Shown here piece after piece: positions 13,378 through 25,099 of a stretch of DNA of 64,000 nucleotides. Below the pieces are notes generated by a model. The model worked only from the letters and a program-made list of their open reading frames with translations. It ran no database searches and had not been told where the DNA came from. The position numbers and the translations under genes are program-made. How positions within the stretch are numbered: position 1 is the first letter of the stretch; every line of letters starts with the position of its first letter. The DNA lies in assembly GCF_003918875.1 (NCBI RefSeq), contig NW_025765059.1, positions 1,612,001-1,676,000 on the forward strand. The letters are read 5' to 3'. This DNA is from Haliotis rubra (taxonomy: Eukaryota).

Positions 13378-15204
13378 CTTGTGTTGCTGGTCGAGAGATG
13401 ACTGATCCCACAATCTGTCCCCTTGTTGAACGTAAGTACTGGCGCTCAAACTCCACACACGTACACTCGTTATCAACCTTATGTAAATCTATATTTAGGT
13501 CAAGATACTTGCAAAGTGTAATGTGAAGTTTGTTTACTCGGGGACGTCTTATATATCCGAATAATTCATCATGGACAAGTTATAGGGACGGAATTTTCCC
13601 CTTCAAGAAATAGAAATGTTTTCAATACTATTTAGTACTATACAATAGCAAGCTTCTAAACGTTACCCTATTTCATTAATAATTAGGCAGGTGTTGAAAT
13701 GAAGCTGTATTGTGGCCTAAAGTACGGTTATTAAACTCTGATATGTACATGTATCCTTACCACTGTTCACATTTGAAGAAAACATTAAAAACTAGTATTT
13801 TATTCAAAAAGAGTGCAGTGTCTTGAATTGAATCACCCAGACGTTAGACGACGTCTTCAAGTAAATCTAGTCAGACTGTTGGTGCTCCTTGCTAGGTTTT
13901 ACAGAGTCTATCTCGCGGTCTGATAGTCACCTAAACCGCGATATTTCCACATCCGCTCAGCCCTTTCTGCATGGCTAAAGCTCTAAATGAAGCAAGTCTA
14001 GATTTCTTCAGGTTCAGGTGTCGGCCATCTCACTAGGCAGTAGGCTCCTTGCCATTTTAAAAGGAATTATTTGTTTCCATCACAATGATATGTTTTGGGA
14101 GACTGAGCGTTAGTCTAGGTATTACAGCGTAAGCCCACTGAGATACATTTTGACATGGATACTTCCTATCAGACACAGTATCCTGACTCCTACCGACCTT
14201 CTGCCCTACCACCTGACGTTCTGTCCACTTGGCTAGGGGTGAGCTCTATTGAAACGGACACCTACAGGCAAAACATTCAAAGTTAATCATTTAGTAATTA
14301 CGGACAGAAGACACCCCAACACCCATAAGAATCATTGGTTCAGCTGTAGCAAGGACATACAAGCACACTGCAAGCTTCAACTGCTGTATGTCTAGCAGTT
14401 TTGATCGTTTTGAGATTTGACTCTGCGCAATGTCGTCATTAGCAGTACTGTAGACCACCGGGCAACGAACTGAATAACAGGAATATGCGTTAAGGATGCC
14501 CTGACACATTTTGTTGTTAGTGCTATCCAAAATGACAAAATCTGACCCAAAACGGTTTTTAGATCGGGGTAAGTGACAAATGCTCACTATCGAGCTGCCT
14601 CTCTTGGGTACGCCAAACATGGGTTGGTTGGTTGGTTTTATAGTTTTAGGGCGACGTGGGCCAGTAAGAGGCCTATTTGTGCCCAACACATTGACTTGAT
14701 TTAATAAACAATCACAGGTAATTTCATTGCCAAAAGGAATCGTTTAGTTAAGGTAAAAGAAACGACAACACTATTAATTTGGATAGATGTATACGTATGT
14801 CGAATAACCTCTGCTTTGTGTTACGGATTAAAAATCTTAAGTAATCACTTCCATGTCTGAAACATGAAATACTCATTCAATAAAAAAGCAGTAGGTTCAG
14901 ATGACAGAGTGTTAAAATGATTTAAAACCACAGAACTAAATCTGTCTAAGCCATTCGAGAGCCTGTCTAGATGACATAATATTTTCCAGATGACGAAACA
15001 AAATCTAAAACTGCCCGTTGCACAGACCCATACATGATATTGGGGCCCAAAACTGTTTCTAATGAAAATACATCATCAACCTCAAGTACAGCACTTCTGA
15101 GATTATGTCTTATGTTGTTATGCCCGGGGCATGTAATTAAATAATGTTCGATGTTTTCAGGCCAAACATGCTCACTATCGAGTTGCCTCCCTTGGGTACA
15201 TCAA

Positions 15205-15825
15205 ATACAAAATATACACTGTAAACACAAAATATACACTGTACACACAATATACACTGTATACACAATACACACTGTATACACAATATACACAAATATA
15301 CACTGTACACACAATATACACTGTATACACACTATACACAATATACACTGAATACACAATATACACTGCATACACAATATACACTGAATACACAATATAC
15401 ACTGCATACACAATTATACACCGTAGACACAATATACACTGTACACACAATATACATTGTACACACAATAAACACTGTACACACAATATACACTGTACAC
15501 ACAATATACACTGTACACATAATATACACTGTACACACAATAAACACTGTAGACACAATATACAGTCTACACATAATATACACTGTATACAGAAATATAC
15601 ACTATATACACAATATACACTGTATAGACACATATACACTGTACACACAATAAACACTGTATACATAAATAAACACTGTATACACAAAAATACTATGTAT
15701 ACACAATACACATTGTACACACAATATACACTGTACACACAATATGCACTGTATACACAATATACACTGTATACACAATACACACTGTACACACAATATA
15801 CACTGTACACACAATATACACAGTA
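15205..15825. repeat. 18-bp minisatellite (TACACACAATATACACTG)n
   Basis: Direct inspection; source of the spurious VYCVYS ORFs. Confidence 0.92.
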
Positions 15826-17176
15826 CAAATGAGTCTGTAAAAGTATAATTTATCCTTGGTTGCAGACCTTGAATTAAGGTACAAGGTTCATTCCGGTTAT
15901 CATCACTATCTGACAGTGATTCATAAACACATGCGTACGATCTAGTCAATTACAACGTACGATTGACTGGCGTCACACAAGTGTGAGTATGGAAAGAGGT
16001 TTTACGGTTTTATTCAGCCATTTTCTTGGGCAACTATCAGTGCTGAAAGTTCACAAACACCGCATGGAGGGCACCCACAGACGTGCATGATTATAACATG
16101 GCGGTATACAGATTTCCTGACGAGGCATCTCATCTGCTCAGTACATTTCACCCGTCAGACCTTGACCCATGTTATGCATAGCAGGCCCTAAATAGGACAG
16201 CCACGCCCTGACAGCAAATATGACGGGTCAGGGATTGTTGGACACGGGTAACTTGTGGCCATACAGTAAACAGACCTCCGCGTATACACGGTAGTCGCTT
16301 CATATTATTTTCTTGTCCATTTGTGTTAAGTCTTTGTTAGTTGTATATATCCGTAGTTCCTTATTTACAAGTGTTTATGTTCAATGTACCAGAGCAAAGA
16401 ACTTTTGCCATCAAAACCATATATGGACAAGAGGCCGCGATGGCTTTGCTGGTTAGACGGCTGACTTTGTGTGCTGGCGATTAGGTGCCTGAGGGTGTGG
16501 TTCGAATCCCGGATGGGACTCAACCCAACAAAAGTACAAGAATTTGTACCTTACTGAGAAAGTGTAATCCCAAATATAACACGTGGCAAGATGCTGTCCA
16601 GGGGCCTTATTCTCGAAACATTCGTAGCCCTAAGAATTCTTAACTTTGATCGTAGCCAATGTGTTAAGAATGGGCTTAAGAAGTTCGTAGGACTACGAAC
16701 GTTTCGAGATAGCTAGCCAGGTGATTGACTTCAGTAAGCGACAGTCCCAGCAGGTGATGTCAGGATCAGCAGTGACACAAGCTAGCAAGTCTGACGACGT
16801 CATGAGACGACCCCTATTATGAAACATGGCTGCACTGTTACAGTGTCAACACATGTGATCTGTGGAAGTCCTCTCGGACTGAAAGTTGTCTGGGTTCACA
16901 TGTCAGCCCACAGTATCGGATACAGCATTCCTTACAGTCTAAAATCTGTAAAGAACGGTGAATTGCAAGATAATTCAAAATCGAGAATAGCCCAATTCAC
17001 TGTCAATTTAGTAATAACCTCTGCTTTGTGTTACGGATTAAAAACCTTAAGTAATCACTTCCATGTCTGAAACATGAAATACTCATTCAATAAAAAAGCA
17101 GTAGGTTCAGATGACAGAGTGTTAAAATGATTTAAAACCACAGAACTAAATCTGTCTAAGCCATTCGAGAGCCTGT

Positions 17177-17365
17177 CTAGATTACATCATATTTTCCAGA
17201 TGACGAAACAAAATCTAAAACTGCCCGTTGCACAGACCCATACATGATATTGGGGCCCAAAACTGTTTCTAATGAAAATACATCATCAACCTCAAGTACA
17301 GCACTTCTGAGATTATGTCTTATGTTGTTATGCCCGGGGCATGTAATTAAATAATGTTCGATGTT
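17177..17365 (-). mobile_element. 3' end fragment of a non-LTR retrotransposon ORF2 (duplicate at ~14967-15155)
   Basis: IEHYLITCPGHNNIR...VLDFVSSSGKY* resembles the C-terminal zinc-knuckle tail of LINE RT proteins. Confidence 0.5.
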
Positions 17366-17414
17366 TTTAGGCCAAACATGCTCACTATCGAGTTTTCTTC
17401 CCTTGGGTACATCA

Positions 17415-18100
17415 AATACAAAATATACACTGTAAACACAAAATATACACTGTACACACAATATACACTGTATACACAATATACACTGAATACACAATAT
17501 ACACTGTATACACAATATACACAAATATACACTGTACACACAATATACACTGTATACACAATATACACTGTACACACAATATACACTGTATACACAATAT
17601 ACACTGTATACACAATATACACTGTACACGCAAATATACACTGCATACACAATTATACACCGTAGACACAATATACACTGTACACACAATATACATTGTA
17701 CACACAATATACACTGTATACACAACATACACTGTACACACAATATACACTGTATACACAACATACACTGTACACACAATATACACTCTACACACAATAT
17801 ACACTGTACACACAATAAACACTGTAGACACAATATACAGTCTACACATAATATACACTGTATACAGAAATATACACTATATACACAATATACACTGTAT
17901 AGACACATATACACTGTACACACAATAAACACTGTATACATAAATATACACTGTATACACAAAAATACTATGTATACACAATAAACATTGTACACACAAT
18001 ATACACTGTACACACAATATGCACTGTATACACAATATACACTGTATACACAATACACACTGTACACACAATATACACTGTACACACAATATACACAGTA
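17415..18100. repeat. 18-bp minisatellite, second copy
   Basis: Same unit, in duplication unit 2. Confidence 0.92.
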
Positions 18101-19977
18101 CAAATGAGTCTGTAAAAGTATAATTTATCCTTGGTTGCAGACCTTGAATTAAGGTACAAGGTTCATTCCGGTTATCATCACTATCTGACAGTGATTCATA
18201 AACACATGCGTACGATCTAGTCAATTACAACGTACGATTGACTGGCGTCACACAAGTGTGAGTATGGAAAGAGGTTTTACGGTTTTATTCAGCCATTTTC
18301 TTGGGCAACTATCAGTGCTGAAAGTTCACAAACACCGCATGGAGGGCACCCACAGACGTGCATGATTATAACATGGCGGTATACAGATTTCCTGACGAGG
18401 CATCTCATCTGCTCAGTACATTTCACCCGTCAGACCTTGACCCATGTTATGCATAGCAGGCCCTAAATAGGACAGCCACGCCCCTGACAGCAAATATGAC
18501 GGGTCAGGGATTGTTGGACACGGGTAACTTGTGGCCATACAGTAAACAGACCTCCGCGTATACACGGTAGTCGCTTCATATTATTTTCTTGTCCATTTGT
18601 GTTAAGTCTTTGTTAGTTGTATATATCCGTAGTTCCTTATTTACAAGTGTTTATGTTCAATGTACCAGAGCAAAGAACTTTTGCCATCAAAACCATATAT
18701 GGACAAGAGGCCGCGATGGCTTTGCTGGTTAGACGGCTGACTTTGTGTGCTGGCGATTAGGTGCCTGAGGGTGTGGTTCGAATCCCGGATGGGACTCAAC
18801 CCAACAAAAGTACAAGAATTTGTACCTTACTGAGAAAGTGTAATCCCAAATATAACACGTGGCAAGATGCTGTCCAGGGGCCTTATTCTCGAAACATTCG
18901 TAGCCCTAAGAATTCTTAACTTTGATCGTAGCCAATGTGTTAAGAATGGGCTTAAGAAGTTCGTAGGACTACGAACGTTTCGAGATAGCTAGCCAGGTGA
19001 TTGACTTCAGTAAGCGACAGTCCCAGCAGGTGATGTCAGGATCAGCAGTGACACAAGCTAGCAAGTCTGACGACGTCATGAGACGACCCCTATTATGAAA
19101 CATGGCTGCACTGTTACAGTGTCAACACATGTGATCTGTGGAAGTCCTCTCGGACTGAAAGTTGTCTGGGTTCACATGTCAGCCCACAGTATCGGATACA
19201 GCATTCCTTACAGTCTAAAATCTGTAAAGAACGGTGAATTGCAAGATAATTCAAAATCGAGAATAGCCCAATTCACTGTCAATTTAGTACGAGACAATGA
19301 GTACCCTGTTCCCAACAATATCTGCTGTTTGTTATTTTGATACTCATCACTGGAAAACAATTATGTGGAAACAACCATGCTGTTATGTGTACAAATTGGC
19401 ATCTTTACTGAGGGGGTCACAACGATCGTGAGAACAGCGCAAACACTCACGTGATACACAACGCTACTTTATATGACAGCATAAGAGGGGTCTCATGATG
19501 ATATTAGTCGCAATAGGACTCATCGTCAGGCTCGCTTGTGTCACTGCTGATGGTAAATATTTAATATTTGTGGGAGTCTGTTTATCATGTTATCACTACG
19601 TGCCGTTGATGGTTCGGGAAGCACAACCATGCCACCATTGTTACCCGTTCAAGGGATTTACGACATCCCGAAAGGTACACGATTTTTTAAAACGCCCAAC
19701 GCGACCTTCAACTGCAGCCCATATCAACTCTACTGGGATGCGATCGAAAGGAGGGAAGTCGTAAGACGACATGACCTTGACCTTTAATCTAATTATCAAC
19801 CATCTACACGGACTGACAATGTCATGATTCCATAGAGGTGTATACGTAGTTTTTAAGGAAACGTCATCGTCACGCGATTCAACCGCGTCACCATATCTCG
19901 TTTAATGCTATTAGAGGTCGGGCCCTGCTGATTGCGATGTTATGTATTTTCCATGAGGATAAGAGACTGGGCAGCTA

Positions 19978-20290
19978 TATAACATATGTTATATTTTGGA
20001 TTACACTTTCTTAGTACTGACTGACTGACTTTGGTTTTACGCCGCTTTTTAGCAATATTCCAGCAACATCACGGCGGGGGACACCAGAAATGGGCTTCAC
20101 ACATTGTACCCATGTGGGGATTCGAACCCGGGCGTGACGAGACAACCCTTTAACCACTAGGCTACCCCACCGCCCCACTTTCTTAGTAAAGTACAGATTC
20201 TAGTACTTTTGTTGGGTTGAGTCCCATCCGGGATTCGAACCCACACCCTCAGAGTCAGGCACCTAATCGCCAGCACACAAAGTCAGCCGC
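19978..20290 (-). mobile_element. tRNA-head SINE family 3 with a nested family-1 SINE (~20017-20175)
   Basis: The family-3 body is interrupted; the nested SINE is flanked by a CACTTT(T)CTTAGTA duplication; other family-3 copies at 16434, 18710, 48090, 54277(-), 54503 and 62833. Confidence 0.75.
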
Positions 20291-20301
20291 GGTATATAAT
20301 A

Positions 20302-20428
20302 TACTCATGCCAATAATGGTTGTTACCCCCCCCCCCCCCCACCACCACACACACCTCACACCCCCACCCCACACCCCCTCTCCAATTAAAAAAATTGAAG
20401 GGGGTGACAACCATTATTGGCATGAGTA
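20302..20428. mobile_element. Short Tc1-type MITE
   Basis: TIR TACTCATGCCAATAATGGTTGT(T/C)ACCCCC / reverse complement, TA flanks. Confidence 0.75.
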
Positions 20429-20834
20429 TATATGTTAAATTTGATAACTTTCTAAATGGCATTGTGTAATCATGGGCAGGTATAGCAGGGACAAAATTAG
20501 TTTTCACCCTTTCCAGAATAAATGTCTGTGAATGTCCCGGTTGTCCTTGGACTTGACTTTAAAGACGAGGTCACAGTTTGGGAGAAACCCCTTTACTAGA
20601 ACAGCTAACGTGGAGAATGATATTTCTTTAACCATCTCCGACTGGTAACATTTTTCCAGACTCATTACTGCTCCCACTGGGTACCCACTGACTGACGGTT
20701 GTGTGAGAGGCATTCACACTCCTTCAAAATCAGCTGTTTTCTACATCAGCTGAGTTTGTCCTGTACTTGCGAGCTTGGCAATGGTGTCTCATTGACACCA
20801 GGTGGTTGAGAAAGGTTTGTGGTATTTCAGACCG

Positions 20835-20986
20835 GGGAGCGGTGGGTAGCCTAGTGGTTAAACCGTTGGCTCGTCACGCCGAATCCCCACATAGGTACAA
20901 TGTGTGAAGCCCATTCCGGTGTCCCCCGCCGTGATGTTGCTGGAATATTGCTAAAAGCGGCGTAAAACCAAACTCAGTCAGTCAGT
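20835..20986 (+). mobile_element. SINE family 1 (internally deleted)
   Basis: A box, shared body, (AGTC)n tail, CAGACC flanking duplication. Confidence 0.75.
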
Positions 20987-22398
20987 CAGACCAAGGTCTT
21001 TCGCAGCTGTACGAACATCATCTGTTGGTTTCGAAGTCGGGTAAACGATTTTAATTTTACCTCACAAAAGTTCAATGGGTGACCGATCTGGAGACAGCTG
21101 GCCACGGAATGTCGATGAAGACGTACAGCAGGAGACGCACACTTTCATATAGACGTGACAGAACGTGCACGAGGTATGGCATCTAACAAACATGCTTATC
21201 ATAGTTCACGAACTTCATCAGTTTTCTCTGTAATAATTGCCTCGTTCCCATGTGTACTATGAGGCTGTGATGTCCTACTCACTGAATCTCACACATGAGA
21301 CAACCGAGATGCACCTGCAATTTCAGCATCATCATGACAACTTGTGATAATTATGGATTTGAAAGCATTATGTTGAATTTTAATGGGAGTTTTGATACAG
21401 CCAACTGAAATTGGAATGGTTGGCTGTGTTACCTGACTGACTGCGGCGGCGATGGCTATTGAACATTGAACAGTATCGTGTCACCATGATACCATCACGT
21501 ATCGCCATGGTCGTATCACCTGATTTGTCTGAACGTAGATACTGTCAAGTTAACCAGTTGTGTCGCTCATGATCAGGTGTCTAACCAACCATGTTAACGA
21601 TTCGATATCCTGACTCCGAATTGTCTAAACTGTATAAGTCATGGTTGTTATTCACAGAACCTTGGCACGAAAAATATTTTATTTAAAACCCATTGTTCTG
21701 CTAAGCGTATTTAAGTAACTCAAGACATGCATGCTTCACTATGAGAAGAGTACGTGAGTGCTGGTAGCAGTCCGGTAAATGGTGATACGTATTTTACATA
21801 TTCTATGTTAAATAGGGATGGAGTGGTAATATTCAGTCACTTGGTTGAATTCGTTTCATCGAAGCCGATAGTTCATCATGGTTGATGAAAACTGGAATAT
21901 TGCTGATTGCGTGGTTAAAACAACATTCATTCATAGGTTATCATGTAAAGAAAGGGCAATAGCAAAACATTTAACAATGGCGCAACTCAAACAATTCTCA
22001 GGCTATGGCCTGTGTGGAGGCAATAACGTAGGTGTCACAGCTACATCGGGAATATGTAAAAGGCTCGCCTTTATTACTGCAGCAGAACATTGATAAATGT
22101 GCACGTCATATCAATAAGTGTCCCTGAGCACTGAGACAGGAAACTACTCTTTTACGAAAGCTTCAAACAATAACGCACTCAATTCGCATAATTGTTTCGA
22201 TTTGATATCATTATGCATAACAGACATGTTTTAAGGTATAAATGAAATGTACATTTCATTATTGTAATTTTATTCATTAAAAGTTACAAACAAACATGCC
22301 TTTATAAGCAATATATGAGTTTTATTAAGGGCGCATAACAATGTCGAAACTGATATCATAATATACAGGGAACTATAATATACACGAAACTTCTATGT

Positions 22399-22496
22399 GT
22401 TTCAACCCATGAGGTGTCAGCCTATTACGTCAGTCACTACAGATGCAATGGTTTTCTGTAATGACGTCATCTAGGTAGGGCTCATAGGGATCAAAC
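22399..22496 (-). promoter_or_regulatory. SECIS element (orphaned; homologous to the SECIS of Dio copies B-D)
   Basis: Minus strand AUGAC-GUCAUUACAG-AAAACCAUUGCAU-CUGUAGUGAC-UGAC; 10-bp helix II fully paired; basal helix CCCUAUGAG/CUCAUGGG; AATAAA downstream (~22322-22327). Confidence 0.8.
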
Positions 22497-24001
22497 CTGG
22501 AAGAAGTCCCCATGATATTAATATGCAGAAAGACGTACCACGAAGGTGAGAAGACATGCAACAGGCAAGCATCTAGGCAGGGCTCATAGGGATCAAACCT
22601 GGAAGAAGTCCCCATGATATTAATATGCAGAAAGACGTACCACGAAGGTGAGAAGACATGCAACAGGCAAGCATCTAGGTAGGGCTCATAGGGATAAAAC
22701 TTGGCAGAACTCACCATGATATTAATATGCAGACAGACGTACCACGAAGGTGAGAAGACATGCAACCAGGCAAGCATCTAGGCAGGGCTCATAGGGATCA
22801 AACCTGGAAGAAGTCACCATGATATTAATATGCAGAAAGACGTACCACGAAGGTGAGAAGACATGCAACCAGGCAAGCATCTAGGCAGGGCTCATAGGGA
22901 TAAAACTTGGAAGAAGACACCATGATATTGATATGCAGAAAGACGTACCACGAAGGTGAGAAAACATGCAACCAGGCAAGCATCTAGGCAGGGCTCATAG
23001 GGATCAAACCTGGAAGAAGTCCCCATGATATTAATATGCAGAAAGACGTACCACGAAGGTGAGAAGACATGCAACAGGCAAGCATCTAGGCAGGGCTCAT
23101 AGGGATAAAACCTGGAAGAAGTCACCATGATATTGATATGCAGAAAGACGTACCACGAAGGTGAGAAGACATGCAACCAGGCAAGCATCTAGGTAGGGCT
23201 CATAGGGATAAAACTTGGAAGAAGTCACCATGATATTGATATGCAGAAAGACGTACCAGGAAGGTGAGAAGACATGCAACCAGGCAAGCATCTAGGTAGG
23301 GGCTCATAGGGATAAAACTTGGAAGAAGTCACCATGATATTGATATGCAGAAAGACGTACCACGAAGGTGAGAAGACATGCAACAGGCAAGCATCTAGGC
23401 AGGGCTCATAGGGATCAAACCTGGAAGAAGTCACCATGATATTAATATGCAGAAAGACGTACCACGAAGGTGAGAAGACATGCAACAGGCAAGCATCTAG
23501 GCAGGGCTCATAGGGATCAAACCTGGAAGAAGTCACCATGATATTAATATGCAGAAAGACGTACCACGAAGGTGAGAAGACATGCAACCAGGCAAGCATC
23601 TAGGTAGGGCTCATAGGGATAAAACTTGGAAGAAGTCACCATGATATTAATATGCAGAAAGACGTACCACGAAGGTGAGAAGACATGCAACAGGCAAGCA
23701 TCTAGGCAGGGCTCATAGGGATCAAACCTGGAAGAAGTCACCATGATATTAATATGCAGAAAGACGTACCACGAAGGTGAGAAGACATGCAACAGGCAAG
23801 CATCTAGGCAGGGCTCATAGGGATAAAACTTGGAAGAAGTCACCATGATATTAATATGCAGAAAGACGTACCACGAAGGTGAGAAGACATGCAACAGGCA
23901 AGCATCTAGGCAGGGCTCATAGGGATAAAACTTGGAAGAAGTCCCCATGATATTAATATGCAGAAAGACGTACCACGAAGGTGAAAAGACATGCAACAGG
24001 C
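22468..24001. repeat. 102-bp minisatellite, ~15 copies
   Basis: CTAGG(C/T)AGGGCTCATAGGGAT recurs every 102-103 bp (22471, 22573, ...). Confidence 0.95.
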
Positions 24002-25099
24002 AGTTTAGACACGTGAAGTTCTGGGGAACAAGAAAGTATTCACCCATGTTAACTGATGGCTAAGCATGAACCAAACCAGTACTGGTTGTTCGATGGTGAC
24101 TATATCATTGCTGTATTTTACGCGTTAAGGTTGTTGTGTGCTGCCGACTATTTTCAGTCAGTTAACGTTAACAACTTTTCATAAAGCTCGTAATTGTTTG
24201 ACTAATTTCGGTTTTCAGATGAAGTATTTTCTTCCGATAATTAACATATATCCATGCTCATTATGCATTAAGTATGAAAATAAGTATTTACAGTTTTTGT
24301 TATCTGAAATAGTTTCTTGGTTTTGTTTTTAGTCCGCATACGTCGGACCGAGATTGTGTATTTTTAAGGTATGTTGCACACAATGAAACATCTTTTTATT
24401 TGCACCCAAATAACAAGTGCAATATTGAAACACCGTATAGGCTATAAAATACTTGCTTTTCATTCAATTTGTGAAAACAAACTTTTCATTATTATATTTC
24501 TGCCTCAATGACACTATGTTTTTAGACACAGGCATTTAAATATAAAACGTAAACACTAGGGCTTGATTATCCACAGACACCGAATCCAAGGGGTGGAAAT
24601 ATGGTAGTGAAAAGTACTTGAATGGATGGTAACCGAATGGACCTCTTGACAATAAGTGATGATACATGGCTTTGGCGGAACGGGTGAGTGAGTGGTGACA
24701 ATCAGTGATGATAGCCATATCGTGACTCGGAACGGGTGAGCAAGTCGCACACAATATGAAGTTTAAAAAGTAAGTGTAAGCCTTAATTCCCGTGGAAACA
24801 TCCGGCTTCTGGATCATGTATACATGTTACTGGATAAACGATATCAGCTTCTTAAATTAAGAAACTCTACTGGCCGTTTGGTATCACTAAGGGACCACAG
24901 GACAGAAATCAAATCCTGAAACTATAATTTTCAACAAAATCTCAGAGTTTACTTTGGCAGAAAATTATTCATGCTTAAAACCAAAACAACAAATGTTTTC
25001 AGAGAACCGATCGGTAATATGTGGCATGGTTCGGTTTTGATAGTGAGCTGAGCGCCTTGCAGGCAGCACGCATACTTTGCTCTGCAGTATGTTGCATAT

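Larger units (their letters stand above)
14803..19288. repeat. Tandem segmental duplication, two near-identical ~2.2-kb units (14803-17012, 17013-19288)
   Basis: Both units begin AATAACCTCTGCTTTGTG and end CACTGTCAATTTAGT; they differ mainly in minisatellite copy number. Confidence 0.93.

Noticed and set aside
15175-18224. Long Cys/Tyr/Val-rich ORFs (up to 308 aa)
   Set aside because: Translations of an 18-bp minisatellite; open in several frames on both strands
22430-24047. Repetitive 34-aa ORFs, or a CRISPR-like array
   Set aside because: 102-bp tandem units without unique spacers, in eukaryotic DNA; frames break where a unit gains a base
24600-24680. Minus-strand peptide RGPFGYHP resembling the deiodinase C-terminal GRGP motif
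   Set aside because: Only a few residues match, there is no FERL motif, and it abuts a SINE-like tail; cannot be distinguished from chance without an alignment
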